Below are positions 1 to 10,309 of a stretch of 64,000 bases of DNA, one piece after another. Within the stretch, counting starts at the first letter, position 1; each line of letters begins with the position of its first letter. Source of the DNA: a marine bacterium B5-7 (GTDB lineage: Bacteria; Pseudomonadota; Gammaproteobacteria; BQJM01); contig BQJM01000001.1 in the NCBI GenBank assembly GCA_021604705.1, positions 8,276-72,275 on the forward strand, written 5' to 3'. A program made the translations under genes and the position numbers. The notes under the pieces are model-generated. The model had not been told where the DNA came from, did no database searches, and saw only the letters and a list, made by a program, of their open reading frames with translations.

Positions 1-63
1 CTGCGCAGCTCACGATTGAGTCTAAAATGATCTGGGGAGGGTGTTTTTTAGCGTTTAAGCATA

Positions 64-151
64 AAATACCCTTATTCTGTGACAAGGTTTGTCACAAACT
101 ACCCTTACTTTGTGACAAGAAATGGCATAAACTACCCTTATTCTATGACAG
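64..151. repeat. Three direct repeats of CTACCCTTAYTYTRTGACA(AG) spaced about 33 bp apart, the first embedded in a palindrome TGTGACAA-ggt-TTGTCACA, upstream of the first ATPase gene. Iteron-like or operator-like.
   Basis: Read directly from the sequence: repeats at about 64-87, 98-120 and 131-151; inverted repeat at 74-95. Confidence 0.6.
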
Positions 152-175
152 ACAGCATCGGGTATTAGGTAAACT

Positions 176-1507
176 ATGATAGAGCGACAGATTCTCACAT
201 CACTGCGCCAGTGGAGAGCAGATAAGCAACGTAAACCGTTAATTTTAAGAGGTGCACGCCAAGTAGGTAAAACGAGTGTCGTAGAGCTGTTTGGACAAGA
301 GTTTGATCAATTTATTTCATTAAATTTAGAAATTACAGAAGAGCGAGTATTGTTTGAACGTGAGTTACCCATTGATAAATTAGTGCAGTCTATATTTTTT
401 CATAAAAACTGTACGCGAGACAATAAGAAAACTTTGTTATTTCTTGATGAGATTCAACACTCCCCGGAAGCCGTCGCGATATTACGTTACTTCTATGAAA
501 AGGTCCCCGATCTTTATGTCATTGCGGCCGGATCTTTATTAGAAACGCTCATTGATAAACAGGTGAGCTTTCCTGTTGGCCGTGTCGAATACATGTATCT
601 ATTTCCTCTAAGCTTTCTAGAGTATTTAAAAGCGGTAGGGGAAGTACAAGCTGCAGAGATGCTGCAAGTGAATGAAGTCCCACCAAATTATGCGCATGAA
701 AAACTATTAGGGTTATTTCATCAGTACACGATGATAGGGGGCATGCCAGAAGTTGTCGCGCATTATGCAGAACACCAAGATTTAACAGCGCTACAAAAAA
801 TATATAATAGTCTTTTAGTTGGTTACCAAGATGATGTGGAGAAATATGCTGAGAGTGCGGCACAAGCGCGTATTATGCGTCATATTGTTCGGCATGTGCC
901 TTTAAATGCTGGAGAACGCATTAAGTTTGAAGGCTTTGGGCAATCAAACTATCGATCTCGGGAAGTGGGAGAAGCATTTCGCATGTTAGAAAAATCGATG
1001 TTGCTGCAACTCACTTATCCCACGATCAGAACGGAACCGCCTTTTGAGTCTAACCAGAAAAAATCACCTAGATTACAATTCTTGGATACAGGTTTAATGA
1101 ATCACAGTGTGGGTTTGCAAAAAGAGTTTATTCAATTAAAGGATTTAAATAATTTATATCGTGGAAAATTAACAGAACATATTGTTGGCCAGCAACTGCT
1201 AAGTACCGGATTACTCAAGAATAATGAACTGATGTTTTGGGTACGCGATAAAGCACAATCAAGCGCTGAAGTTGATTTTGTTTTGCCACGAGGCAATATG
1301 CTGTTACCGATTGAGGTTAAATCAGGGGCAACCGGTGCACTACGATCCTTGCACTCATTTATGGAAAGAACCGCTGGAAAGAAAGCCATACGATTGTATG
1401 CGGGAGAGTCTAGCGTTGAAACCATACAAACAGCCAATGGACACAGTTATGAATTACAGCACCTGCCGTATTATTTAGCTGGCGATTGGTTGCTGGAGAG
1501 CGCATGA
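176..1507 (+). CDS. AAA+ (AAA_14-like) P-loop ATPase with a C-terminal PD-(D/E)xK nuclease-like motif (DUF4143-type architecture).
   Basis: Walker A GARQVGKTS (aa 26-33), Walker B LLFLDEIQ (aa 87-94), C-terminal EVDFVL...LPIEVKSG (D367/E380/K382). The stop overlaps the ruvC start codon (ATGA). Confidence 0.7.
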   Translation: MIERQILTSLRQWRADKQRKPLILRGARQVGKTSVVELFGQEFDQFISLNLEITEERVLFERELPIDKLVQSIFFHKNCTRDNKKTLLFLDEIQHSPEAVAILRYFYEKVPDLYVIAAGSLLETLIDKQVSFPVGRVEYMYLFPLSFLEYLKAVGEVQAAEMLQVNEVPPNYAHEKLLGLFHQYTMIGGMPEVVAHYAEHQDLTALQKIYNSLLVGYQDDVEKYAESAAQARIMRHIVRHVPLNAGERIKFEGFGQSNYRSREVGEAFRMLEKSMLLQLTYPTIRTEPPFESNQKKSPRLQFLDTGLMNHSVGLQKEFIQLKDLNNLYRGKLTEHIVGQQLLSTGLLKNNELMFWVRDKAQSSAEVDFVLPRGNMLLPIEVKSGATGALRSLHSFMERTAGKKAIRLYAGESSVETIQTANGHSYELQHLPYYLAGDWLLESA

Positions 1508-1995
1508 CCACCATACTCGGCATTGACCCCGGTTCGCGGGCGACAGGCTTCGGCATTGTACAACTAGACGGCAAGACACCGCGCTATGTGACCAGTGGCT
1601 GCATCTCCGTGGCAGATAAACCCTTAGCTGAGCGATTAAGCACCATTTATCAACATTTATCCGAACTCATCGGCGAATACCATGTCACAGAAGCGGCCAT
1701 CGAAAGTGTTTTCATGCATGTTAATCCCTCGAGTGCTTTAAAATTAGGACAAGCGCGGGGTGCGGCTATTGTCGCGGTTGGCCAACATCAAGTACCATTA
1801 GCTGAGTACGCGCCGCGAGCGATAAAACAAGCCGTTGTGGGTTATGGCGCAGCAAAAAAAGATCAAATGCAACACATGGTAAAACACTTGTTAAATTTAA
1901 GTGGCACATTACAAGCGGATGCAGCAGATGCCCTGGCTGTTGCCTTGTGTCATGTTAACCACCGGGCCCGACAACAATTAGAGAAAAACTTATGA
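1504..1995 (+). CDS. ruvC: Holliday junction resolvase RuvC.
   Basis: MTTILGIDPGSRATGFG matches the RuvC N-terminus. The ORF-track start at 1486 is an upstream TTG; the ATG at 1504 aligns with RuvC. Confidence 0.9.
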   Translation: MTTILGIDPGSRATGFGIVQLDGKTPRYVTSGCISVADKPLAERLSTIYQHLSELIGEYHVTEAAIESVFMHVNPSSALKLGQARGAAIVAVGQHQVPLAEYAPRAIKQAVVGYGAAKKDQMQHMVKHLLNLSGTLQADAADALAVALCHVNHRARQQLEKNL

Positions 1996-2588
1996 TAGGT
2001 CGACTGACAGGACAACTCATTGAAAAGCAACCGCCGACATTGGTGATCGATGTCAATGGTGTTGGCTATGAATTACAAGCCTCCATGCAAACGTTTTATC
2101 AATTGCCTGAGCTTAATCAAAAAACGACCTTGTTTACCCATTTAATCGTACGTGAAGATGCACAGACACTCTATGGCTTTATGAAAAAGAGTGAGCGTGA
2201 GTTGTTTCGTACCTTGATTCGAGTGACTGGCGTGGGCCCAAAACTTGCGGTGACCATTTTATCGGGTATTGCACCCGATGCATTTGTTGCCTGTGTGCAA
2301 GCACAAGATAGTGCGCAGCTTGTTAAAATTCCAGGCGTTGGAAAAAAGAAAGCAGAACGTTTATTGCTGGAGATGCGGGATTTATTGAAAGACTGGCAGG
2401 TGAGCAGCGAGAATACGCAACAAGCATTACCGGATAGCATCCATCTCATCGTCCAGGAAGCGACGCAAGCATTAATTGCCTTGGGCTATAAACCGCAAGA
2501 TGCTTCACGTGCGATTGCGCGTGTTGATGCCGTAGATAAAAGCTGCGAGGACTTGATTCGCGATGCACTAAAAGGAGAAATGGCGTGA
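1992..2588 (+). CDS. ruvA: Holliday junction DNA helicase subunit RuvA.
   Basis: 198 aa with a RuvA-like N-terminal OB fold and helix-hairpin-helix region; ATGA overlap with ruvC. Confidence 0.9.
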   Translation: MIGRLTGQLIEKQPPTLVIDVNGVGYELQASMQTFYQLPELNQKTTLFTHLIVREDAQTLYGFMKKSERELFRTLIRVTGVGPKLAVTILSGIAPDAFVACVQAQDSAQLVKIPGVGKKKAERLLLEMRDLLKDWQVSSENTQQALPDSIHLIVQEATQALIALGYKPQDASRAIARVDAVDKSCEDLIRDALKGEMA

Positions 2589-3610
2589 TAGAATCTGATC
2601 GCGTGATTACTGCATCCGCACAAACGAATGAAGACGTCGTTGATCGTGCCATTCGACCTAAAAAGTTGGTCGATTATATTGGTCAACCACAAGTCACGGA
2701 ACAAATGGCCATTTTTATTGAGGCAGCCAAAGCACGTGCGGAAGCCTTAGATCATGTTTTCATTTTTGGACCGCCAGGTTTGGGTAAAACCACATTAGCG
2801 AATATTATTGCGAGCGAAATGGGCGCTGGTTTAAAACAGACATCAGGACCTGTGTTAGAAAAAGCAGGAGATTTGGCGGCGATGCTGACAAATCTTGAGC
2901 CGCATGATGTATTGTTCATCGATGAAATACATCGATTAAGCCCGGCCATCGAAGAAATTTTATATCCAGCCATGGAAGACTATAAATTAGATATTGTCAT
3001 TGGCGAAGGTCCAGCCGCGCGATCCATTAAATTGGATCTTCCCCCCTTTACGTTAGTGGCTGCGACAACCCGTGCAGGTTTACTGACTTCACCATTACGC
3101 GATCGTTTCGGTATCGTGCAGCGATTAGAGTTTTACGACGTGCAAGATCTTACGCACATTGTAACGCGCTCAGCAAATATTTTGGGTGTAGAGATGCATG
3201 CCGATGGGGCCAAAGAAATTGCAAAACGTGCACGAGGCACCCCGCGGATTGCGAATCGCTTGCTGCGTCGCGTGCGAGATTTTGCTGAAGTGAAAGGAAA
3301 TGGTGATGTGACAGAATCCATAGCACAACAAGCCTTAGATTTATTAGATGTTGATGTGTACGGTTTAGATATGATGGACCGTAAAATGCTGTTGGCTATC
3401 ATTGAGAAATTTGACGGTGGCCCCGTTGGCATAGAAAGTATTGCGGCGGCTGTTGGCGAAGATCGCGGTACGATCGAAGATGTCATTGAGCCGTATTTAT
3501 TGCAGCAAGGATTTATTATGCGTACGCCGCGTGGCCGTATTGCCACAAAACAGGCGTACTTACATTTTGGCTTACAAGCTGCGGAAGCAGATTTAACGAA
3601 GGAGATTTAA
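2585..3610 (+). CDS. ruvB: Holliday junction ATP-dependent DNA helicase RuvB.
   Basis: Walker [18 protein letters not shown] and arginine sensor motifs; GTGA overlap with ruvA. Confidence 0.92.
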   Translation: MIESDRVITASAQTNEDVVDRAIRPKKLVDYIGQPQVTEQMAIFIEAAKARAEALDHVFIFGPPGLGKTTLANIIASEMGAGLKQTSGPVLEKAGDLAAMLTNLEPHDVLFIDEIHRLSPAIEEILYPAMEDYKLDIVIGEGPAARSIKLDLPPFTLVAATTRAGLLTSPLRDRFGIVQRLEFYDVQDLTHIVTRSANILGVEMHADGAKEIAKRARGTPRIANRLLRRVRDFAEVKGNGDVTESIAQQALDLLDVDVYGLDMMDRKMLLAIIEKFDGGPVGIESIAAAVGEDRGTIEDVIEPYLLQQGFIMRTPRGRIATKQAYLHFGLQAAEADLTKEI

Positions 3611-3612
3611 GT

Positions 3613-4272
3613 ATGTCGGTTTTACATTATTTTTGGCAAGCAGGGTGGGTTGTTAAATTAGTGATGCTGTTATTACTTGGTGTTTCTGTTTTTTCATGGA
3701 CCGTGATATTTCAACGTAAGCAACATATCAAGCAAATTCGTGAAAAACTTACCGCGTTTAACGAACAGTTTTGGGCTAGCGGTGATTTGACAACATTTTA
3801 CAATACATTGAAAGATAATGCGGATGCGACAGAAGGCTTGGGGCAGATTTTTATGGCGGGCTTTCAGGAGTTTTTACGCGCGAAGCAACAAGCACATATT
3901 ACACCGGAACGCTTAATCGAGAGTGTTCAGCGCGCCATGCATAATGCAGAGGTCACAGTGACTGATAACTTAGAGCAGCATCTATCATTTCTTGCAACGA
4001 TTGGATCGACTGCGCCTTATGTGGGTTTGTTTGGTACCGTGTGGGGGATTATGACTTCATTTCAGGCCCTCGGCGGTGTGCAACAAGCAACGATTGCCAT
4101 GGTGGCGCCTGGTATTTCTGAAGCCTTGGTTGCAACAGCGTTGGGCTTATTTGCGGCCATTCCTGCGGTGGTTGCTTATAATCAACTAATGCAGCAAGTT
4201 GAAAAAATTAATCGTCAGCTAGAAAATTTCCAACGAGATTTTATTAATTTAGTTGGACATCAAGTCCAATAA
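3613..4272 (+). CDS. tolQ: Tol-Pal system protein TolQ.
   Basis: 219 aa, three transmembrane segments, MotA/TolQ/ExbB family features, position upstream of tolR. Confidence 0.9.
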   Translation: MSVLHYFWQAGWVVKLVMLLLLGVSVFSWTVIFQRKQHIKQIREKLTAFNEQFWASGDLTTFYNTLKDNADATEGLGQIFMAGFQEFLRAKQQAHITPERLIESVQRAMHNAEVTVTDNLEQHLSFLATIGSTAPYVGLFGTVWGIMTSFQALGGVQQATIAMVAPGISEALVATALGLFAAIPAVVAYNQLMQQVEKINRQLENFQRDFINLVGHQVQ

Positions 4273-4287
4273 GCGGAGAGTAAAATT

Positions 4288-4719
4288 ATGGCACGTCGAC
4301 GTCGCTTAATGGCTGAAATGAATATTGTGCCTTACATTGATGTGATGTTGGTGTTGTTGGTGATTTTTATGGTGACCACACCCTTGTTAACGCAAGGGGT
4401 GAAAGTAGATCTGCCCCAGGCGCAAGCCAACAAGATTGATTCTACGCAACAAACGCCGATTATTTTAACGGTTGATGATAATGGTAAATTTTATCTAAAC
4501 ACGGCACCACAAACGGATGTGCCATTGATGGATGATAAAATTACGACCTTGGTTTCTCAACAGTTAGCACACGCAAAACAAAAGCATAATACACGTGATG
4601 TGTTGGTGCGTGGAGATGCGCATGTTGACTACGGAAAAGTGGTGAGAGCGATGGTGTTGTTGCAACATGCTGGCGCAGAGACGGTAGGATTGGTCACCAC
4701 TGACACGAAGAAGGCGTAA
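4288..4719 (+). CDS. tolR: Tol-Pal system protein TolR.
   Basis: 143 aa; N-terminal transmembrane segment; ExbD/TolR family. Confidence 0.88.
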   Translation: MARRRRLMAEMNIVPYIDVMLVLLVIFMVTTPLLTQGVKVDLPQAQANKIDSTQQTPIILTVDDNGKFYLNTAPQTDVPLMDDKITTLVSQQLAHAKQKHNTRDVLVRGDAHVDYGKVVRAMVLLQHAGAETVGLVTTDTKKA

Positions 4720-4721
4720 GG

Positions 4722-5555
4722 TTGATGCGCTTGCTGGATTTTCTACGTACTGCCTTAGGCAAGTCGATCTTGCTACACCTGCTGATTATTCTCTTGCTTG
4801 TTGTTAACATCCATTCATTTACCTCATCTACACCACAAGCAACAATGGCTTCAGCACAAAAAGTGATTGTGCATGCGAAAGCTATCACGGAGAAGCAAGT
4901 TGAACGACAAGTCAACGCAGTAAAGCAGCGTAAGCAAGCGATTCAAGATAAAGCACGTCGTCACAAAGTCGCTTTAGCCAAAGCTAAACGTTTGAAGCAG
5001 CAGCGATTGGCCGCGAAGAAACGAAAAATTGCGAAAAAGAAAAAAGCGAAAAAAGAAGCGAAGGCGCGGAAAAAAGCACAAGAGAAAGCGAAAGCCAAAA
5101 AGAAACGAGAAAAAATACTTGCTGAGAAAAAGAAAAAGCAACAAGAAAAGGAACGTGCCTTACAAAAGAAAAAGCAACATCAGCAACAAGAGAAATTATT
5201 GCAGGACCAATTGCAGGCAGAACAAAAAGAGTTGGCTAGTAGTCAGCAGCGCCAATGGAGGACGGTGTTATCCCATTATAAAACCTTGATTACTGCTGCA
5301 ATTTCTTCGCAATGGTATGTGCCAGAGGCTGCCCAACAGAATATGTCCTGCCAGTTTCTTATCCGATTGGCGCCTGGTGGTACCGTTTTGTCAGTACAAT
5401 TGTTAAGATCCAGCGGTAATGCGGCGGTTGATCGATCAGCGCAAGCAGCGGTGTATAAAGCGTCGCCATTGCCGGTACCTAAAGATGCGACTTTATTTAA
5501 TCAATTTCGTGAGATTCAATTAACGGTGCGCCCGCAAACGGTCACCGCAGTATAA
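4722..5555 (+). CDS. tolA: Tol-Pal system protein TolA.
   Basis: N-terminal transmembrane anchor, long Lys/Ala/Glu-rich helical domain, C-terminal TolA domain; gene order. Confidence 0.85.
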   Translation: MMRLLDFLRTALGKSILLHLLIILLLVVNIHSFTSSTPQATMASAQKVIVHAKAITEKQVERQVNAVKQRKQAIQDKARRHKVALAKAKRLKQQRLAAKKRKIAKKKKAKKEAKARKKAQEKAKAKKKREKILAEKKKKQQEKERALQKKKQHQQQEKLLQDQLQAEQKELASSQQRQWRTVLSHYKTLITAAISSQWYVPEAAQQNMSCQFLIRLAPGGTVLSVQLLRSSGNAAVDRSAQAAVYKASPLPVPKDATLFNQFREIQLTVRPQTVTAV

Positions 5556-5566
5556 GGAAATTTAGT

Positions 5567-6865
5567 ATGCGCCAAGTAGTACGGGCTTTTTTGATGATGT
5601 TGTTTGTGGGGGCTGTTGGAACGTCACAGGCGGCATTACAATTGGAGTTGACCCAGGGTGTGGATGCGGCTATTCCCATTGCTTTGGTGCCTTTCGCGGG
5701 TGCAAAAGATGCGCCGACGGATGTGAGTGCCGTGATCAGTGCGGATCTTAATCACAGCGGTCAATTTGCTGTGCTGAGCGCGAATGCTTTTAAACAGGCG
5801 CCTCATGATCCTGATGCGGTGAATTACAGTTACTGGCGTCAACTAGGCGCGAATGATGTGGTTGTTGGGGAGATTAAACCATCAGGTGCTAATCATTTCT
5901 CTGTTACGGTGGCCCTGGTTAGCGTGGCGAGCAAGCATGTTATCTTCAATAAAACGTTCACAGTGCGCGCGAAAAATTTACGTGCATTGTCACATCATAT
6001 TAGCGATCGTATTTATCAATCCTTAACCGGTGTAAAGGGGGTGTTCTCTACACGTATCGCGTACGTGTTGGTACAGCGTGCACCTGGAAAAACGACACAA
6101 TATAAATTAATGGTTGCTGATGCAGATGGGTTGAATGCGCAAGCTATTTTAACTTCACCACAGCCTATCATGTCGCCAACATGGTCTCCGGACGGTACGC
6201 ATGTTGCTTATGTCTCCTTCGAAAACCAGCGATCGCAAATTTATATTTCTGATGTTGCAACGGGCAAGCGTCGATTAGTTTCTAGTTTCCCTGGTATTAA
6301 TGGTGCACCGGCATGGTCGCCGAATGGTAAGCAATTGGCCTTTGTTTTGTCGAAAGAATCGGGAAAAACAAAAGTTTATGTGATGGATATTTCTGATAAA
6401 CAGTTGACGCAAGTGACGACGGGATTGTCTATTGATACGGAGCCAGCATGGGCGCCAGATGGTAAATCCTTAATTTTTACCTCGAACCGTGGTGGTACAC
6501 CGCAAATTTATCAGGTGAGTCTGGCAACAAAACAAGTAGCACGACTTAGCTTCGAAGGGAATTACAACGCGCGACCCGCATTTACACCAGATGGAAAGTC
6601 TATTGTGATGTTACATCGTGAAGAGGGTTTATTTAATATTGCTGTGCAGAATTTACAGACGGGGGTTGTGAGCAACTTAACACAAACGGGCTTGGAGAAA
6701 TCTCCTAGTATCGCACCTAATGGAAAAATGGCATTGTTTGCGTCGCATTTTGGTGGGCGAGGTGTGCTAGGGATGGTTTCCCTTGATGGGCGGATTAAGT
6801 TAAGATTACCGGCTGAGGCGGGAGGCGATGTGCAAGAGCCCGCGTGGTCACCATATTTATCTTAG
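5567..6865 (+). CDS. tolB: Tol-Pal system beta-propeller protein TolB.
   Basis: Signal peptide and repeated SP.WSPDG propeller blades; 432 aa. Confidence 0.92.
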   Translation: MRQVVRAFLMMLFVGAVGTSQAALQLELTQGVDAAIPIALVPFAGAKDAPTDVSAVISADLNHSGQFAVLSANAFKQAPHDPDAVNYSYWRQLGANDVVVGEIKPSGANHFSVTVALVSVASKHVIFNKTFTVRAKNLRALSHHISDRIYQSLTGVKGVFSTRIAYVLVQRAPGKTTQYKLMVADADGLNAQAILTSPQPIMSPTWSPDGTHVAYVSFENQRSQIYISDVATGKRRLVSSFPGINGAPAWSPNGKQLAFVLSKESGKTKVYVMDISDKQLTQVTTGLSIDTEPAWAPDGKSLIFTSNRGGTPQIYQVSLATKQVARLSFEGNYNARPAFTPDGKSIVMLHREEGLFNIAVQNLQTGVVSNLTQTGLEKSPSIAPNGKMALFASHFGGRGVLGMVSLDGRIKLRLPAEAGGDVQEPAWSPYLS

Positions 6866-6877
6866 GGAGAGGATGGC

Positions 6878-7411
6878 ATGAAACAAATCATACAATTGGC
6901 TGGTGTTGCTTGTCTTTGCTTGAGCATGAGTGCATGTTCTTGGTTTATGAATAATGATGATGAAAAAGGTGCCGGTGGGCATGCAAGTATTGTTGAGCAG
7001 GGCGCACAATCTTATGGTGTTTCCGATCAAGCGCAATTTGATGGTGAAGATGGCGAGTATGGTTTTACTGATGGTCGTCCCAGCAACCAAACGTTTTACT
7101 TTGCCTTTGACAACAGTAAAGTGAATACACAGTACGATGCAAATCTAACAGCACAAGCCAATTATTTAAAAGATCATCCTAATGTTAATGTGCGTTTGGA
7201 AGGTAATACCGATGAGCGTGGATCACGTGAGTACAATATTGCATTGGGTGAGCGTCGTGCTTTGTCGATTGCACGTTATTTGGAAATACATGGTGTACCT
7301 AAGCAGCAACTATCGATCATTAGTTATGGCGCAGAAAAGCCTGTTGTTTTAGGGCATGCAGAATCTGCGTACCATATGAATCGTCGTGTTATGTTGAAAT
7401 ATCCAGATTAA
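6878..7411 (+). CDS. pal: Peptidoglycan-associated lipoprotein Pal.
   Basis: Lipobox LSMSAC, OmpA-like C-terminal domain (NTDERGSREYNIALGERRA). Confidence 0.92.
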   Translation: MKQIIQLAGVACLCLSMSACSWFMNNDDEKGAGGHASIVEQGAQSYGVSDQAQFDGEDGEYGFTDGRPSNQTFYFAFDNSKVNTQYDANLTAQANYLKDHPNVNVRLEGNTDERGSREYNIALGERRALSIARYLEIHGVPKQQLSIISYGAEKPVVLGHAESAYHMNRRVMLKYPD

Positions 7412-7423
7412 AGTTTAGAAGGG

Positions 7424-8242
7424 ATGAAGCGCATGAGAACTTATCTTATTGCAACGGTGATCGCCGCATGGTTACCATTCAGTTTTGCAGATGCACCTGT
7501 CGTGGATGCGTATAGCCAAGGTATGGCTGCACCGATAGCACAACAACAATTTGTGCAGCGTGACGATGTGGTTGATGAGGATGATGATTCGCCGGTGGCG
7601 GCCACACCAAGTGTGGACGTTGCTGCACATCCCGCTCCGAGTTTGTCGACACAAAGTCAACTGCAACTTTCAACGCGATTGGATCAACTAGAGCAGCTGG
7701 TACAAACTTTACAAGGGCAACTGGAAGTGCAAAGCCATACGCTTGCACAATTGCAGCAGCAGTTAAAGTCTGGTGAGCATGGGGACGTAACAGCAGCACC
7801 AAGTGTCGCGACAACGACGCCAACTACCCAGCAAACCCAGGATGCGCAAGCGGAATTAAAAGCGCAAATGGTTTATCAGGCGGCCTATGATGAAATCCGC
7901 GCACGTAATTACGCGCAAGCTATGCAAGATTTACAGGCCTTTACAACGACTTATCCTCATAGTCGTTTAGTGCCTAATGCGGAGTATTGGATGGGTGAGT
8001 TATATTTGTTGCGTGGCGATAGTAAAAAAGCGATGGCAAAATTGACCAAAGTGGCAAGCGAATATCCACAGCATCCCAAAGCAGCAGATGCCTTATTCAA
8101 AGTGGGCTTAATTGAGGCAGATCAGGGTAAGTGGACGCAAGCAAAGCAAATGTTGCAACAAGTTGAGCAAAAATACCCCGAATCTAGTGCTGCACAATTG
8201 GCCAGACACCGTATGACCGAGTTGCGTCAGCAAGGTCATTAA
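7424..8242 (+). CDS. cpoB: Tol-Pal associated protein CpoB/YbgF.
   Basis: Signal peptide, coiled-coil, C-terminal TPR-like region; position after pal. Confidence 0.8.
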   Translation: MKRMRTYLIATVIAAWLPFSFADAPVVDAYSQGMAAPIAQQQFVQRDDVVDEDDDSPVAATPSVDVAAHPAPSLSTQSQLQLSTRLDQLEQLVQTLQGQLEVQSHTLAQLQQQLKSGEHGDVTAAPSVATTTPTTQQTQDAQAELKAQMVYQAAYDEIRARNYAQAMQDLQAFTTTYPHSRLVPNAEYWMGELYLLRGDSKKAMAKLTKVASEYPQHPKAADALFKVGLIEADQGKWTQAKQMLQQVEQKYPESSAAQLARHRMTELRQQGH

Positions 8243-8260
8243 CTTGTTTCACTGAGAAGG

Positions 8261-8289
8261 CTTGCCTTCACAGCTGAAATCGGTAAAAT
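8261..8289 (+). promoter_or_regulatory. Sigma70-like promoter for tRNA-Lys: CTTGCC, 17-nt spacer, TAAAAT.
   Basis: Hexamers and spacing read from the sequence, about 15 nt upstream of the tRNA. Confidence 0.5.
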
Positions 8290-8303
8290 GTGGCGCTCTT
8301 TGT

Positions 8304-8379
8304 GGGCCGTTAGCTCAGTCGGTAGAGCAGTTGGCTTTTAACCAATTGGTCCCGCGTTCGAGTCGCGGACGGCCCACCA
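8304..8379 (+). tRNA. tRNA-Lys (anticodon UUU).
   Basis: Cloverleaf GGGCCGTTAGCTCAGTCGGTAGAGC...anticodon loop CTTTTAA...GGTTCGAGTC, CCA encoded. Confidence 0.9.
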
Positions 8380-8481
8380 TTTTTTCGGCGTTATTTCTTC
8401 GGCACTATTTCTTCAAATATCAACCACTTACAGCTTGATTCATTCAGCCATCTATGGTGACATGAACAGTCATGGAGTTGA

Positions 8482-10251
8482 TTGTTGTTGTCAGGGAGAT
8501 TGCTTGTGATCCGTACGAAAAAAACTGTCTTATTTGGCTTTGCTACGGCGTTATCCGTTAGTTTGTTATCACCTATTGCATTGGCTGCACCTACCACCGC
8601 GAAGCCGGTAGCAAAAAAAGTCGCTGTGAAAGCAGCAAGCAAAGCACCAACCAAGGCAGCAAGCAAAGCACCGAACAAGGTAGCAACTAAAGCAAAGCCA
8701 GTAAAAATGATGAAGGCGACCAAGGGCGCTACGCTGGGTGGTAAAATCCCTCACCTATTACAAGTCGATAATCGCATTAAAGCCGCCTGGAATGATTTAG
8801 AGGCCGATCGCTTTGGTATTCACAAGGCGGTGGGTGAGTACTTGCCAAAATTTGATATCACGCTTGACGAAGGTCGCCAACGCCGGACAACAACGACAGA
8901 AGATACGGATTGGCCGACTAACAGTCAGAAATTCGAAGTGACTCAGTTAGTTTATGACTTTGGTAAAACCACCTCAGATATTAAAACGGCGGAAGACGTT
9001 TACAAAAAATCTAAAGTGAATTACAAAAGTGTTCGACAAGATACGATGCTAGATGGTGCAACAGCGTACTTACGTTTGTTAGGCGCTTACGAAACCTTGA
9101 GTTATGCCTTACGTTACGAAGGCAATGTGGGTAAGCAGGTACGTATGGAGCAAGTGCGTCGCAAGCGTGGCTCAGGTTACTCTACTGATGTCTTAGAAGT
9201 TCAGGCACAATTGTCAGGTGCGAAAGCACGTGTATCACGGGCACAGGGAGCATTGGTGAATGCACAAAATGCTTATCGCCGTACTTTCCATGAAACGGCC
9301 ACAGAATTATCGACGTTTGCGATCCCTACCTTGCCAACATCTAGTTTACCAAAAACAAAAGAGGCGGCCATTGCGATTGCCTTGCGTACAAATCCAGACA
9401 TCCAGAAATTAGAGTATGACATTAACATTGACCGCGCAGCGGTGACTGCGGCAGCTTCTGAATTTGCACCATCTATTGATTTAAAAACCACAGCAGATTA
9501 TCAGCATGATGTGAGTGGTGTGCAGGGGCAGAAAAAAGAATGGACGACAGAAGTGGAAGCGACTTATCCGTTGATTAATGGTGGGTCCGATATTGCTGCA
9601 TTGAAAGCAGCGCATTTCCGTTTAGCAGCAGATCAGCAGCGCTTAGACGATCAGCGTCGTGTGACAGAAGAAGAAGTGAGCGATGATTGGGATGGTTGGC
9701 AGACTTCCTTAGAAAGTGCTGTTTACTTGAAGCAACAATCTGCGCAATTAAAAACATTTGTTAGCTTGGCAGAGAAAGAGCGTCGCATGGGCCGGAAAGA
9801 CTTGTTGGCGGTGTTAGTTGCTGATAGTAATTACATTAATGCGATTAGTGACAGTGTGGATGCGCAAGTCAATGTCGCGATTGATACTTATACTTTGTTA
9901 CGACACATGGGTGTGTTGAATGAAACAATGTTTGTTAGCCCAAAGAAATCGCAACATTTTGAGAAAATGGTTCAAGACAAAATTGTCGCTAAGCAACAAG
10001 CAAAGAAAAAAATGATCCAGGCGAAGAAAGCGGCCGCAGTTGCAGCGGTTGGACCGACTACGCATAAAAACACGAGAGTGAATACAGTTAAGCAACCTTG
10101 GCACACCTATACGCGACCAAGTCCTGCCGCCAAGCAAGCAGCGAAAAAATCAATGAAACAAAGTCAGTTGAAAGCACCGCAGCCAGTTGTTGCTGCCAAG
10201 CATCAGCAACATGCGGCAGCAACAACGGTGAAGAGTTTTGATTGGATTTAA
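8482..10251 (+). CDS. TolC-like outer-membrane efflux factor of the linked type I secretion system, with atypical Ala/Lys-rich N-terminal repeats and a basic C-terminal extension.
   Basis: Signal-peptide-like N-terminus. Central part has outer-membrane-factor-like composition and coiled helices. Operonic with the ABC and HlyD genes. Start codon is uncertain (a GTG near 8506 is possible). Confidence 0.6.
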   Translation: MLLSGRLLVIRTKKTVLFGFATALSVSLLSPIALAAPTTAKPVAKKVAVKAASKAPTKAASKAPNKVATKAKPVKMMKATKGATLGGKIPHLLQVDNRIKAAWNDLEADRFGIHKAVGEYLPKFDITLDEGRQRRTTTTEDTDWPTNSQKFEVTQLVYDFGKTTSDIKTAEDVYKKSKVNYKSVRQDTMLDGATAYLRLLGAYETLSYALRYEGNVGKQVRMEQVRRKRGSGYSTDVLEVQAQLSGAKARVSRAQGALVNAQNAYRRTFHETATELSTFAIPTLPTSSLPKTKEAAIAIALRTNPDIQKLEYDINIDRAAVTAAASEFAPSIDLKTTADYQHDVSGVQGQKKEWTTEVEATYPLINGGSDIAALKAAHFRLAADQQRLDDQRRVTEEEVSDDWDGWQTSLESAVYLKQQSAQLKTFVSLAEKERRMGRKDLLAVLVADSNYINAISDSVDAQVNVAIDTYTLLRHMGVLNETMFVSPKKSQHFEKMVQDKIVAKQQAKKKMIQAKKAAAVAAVGPTTHKNTRVNTVKQPWHTYTRPSPAAKQAAKKSMKQSQLKAPQPVVAAKHQQHAAATTVKSFDWI

Positions 10252-10309
10252 TGCGGTATCTGTTATTAGTTCGCCTGCATGTTGAGGCGTAAAAAGGAAA
10301 GACTGACCC

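Noticed and set aside
74-95. Possible CRP site (TGTGA...TCACA) or LexA box (CTGT...) in the palindrome upstream of ATPase 1.
   Set aside because: The half-site spacing is 9 nt, not 6, and CTGT-N8-ACAG is not satisfied. It is treated as an unknown-regulator palindrome instead.
5029-5289. 86-aa Lys/Arg-rich ORF (MRKRKKRKKKRRRGKK...).
   Set aside because: Alternate frame of the Lys/Ala/Glu-rich tolA helical domain; compositional artefact.
8391-8754. Minus-strand ORFs (110 aa and 61 aa) over the start of the TolC-like gene.
   Set aside because: Antisense to the Ala/Lys-rich repeat region; hydrophobic artefact.
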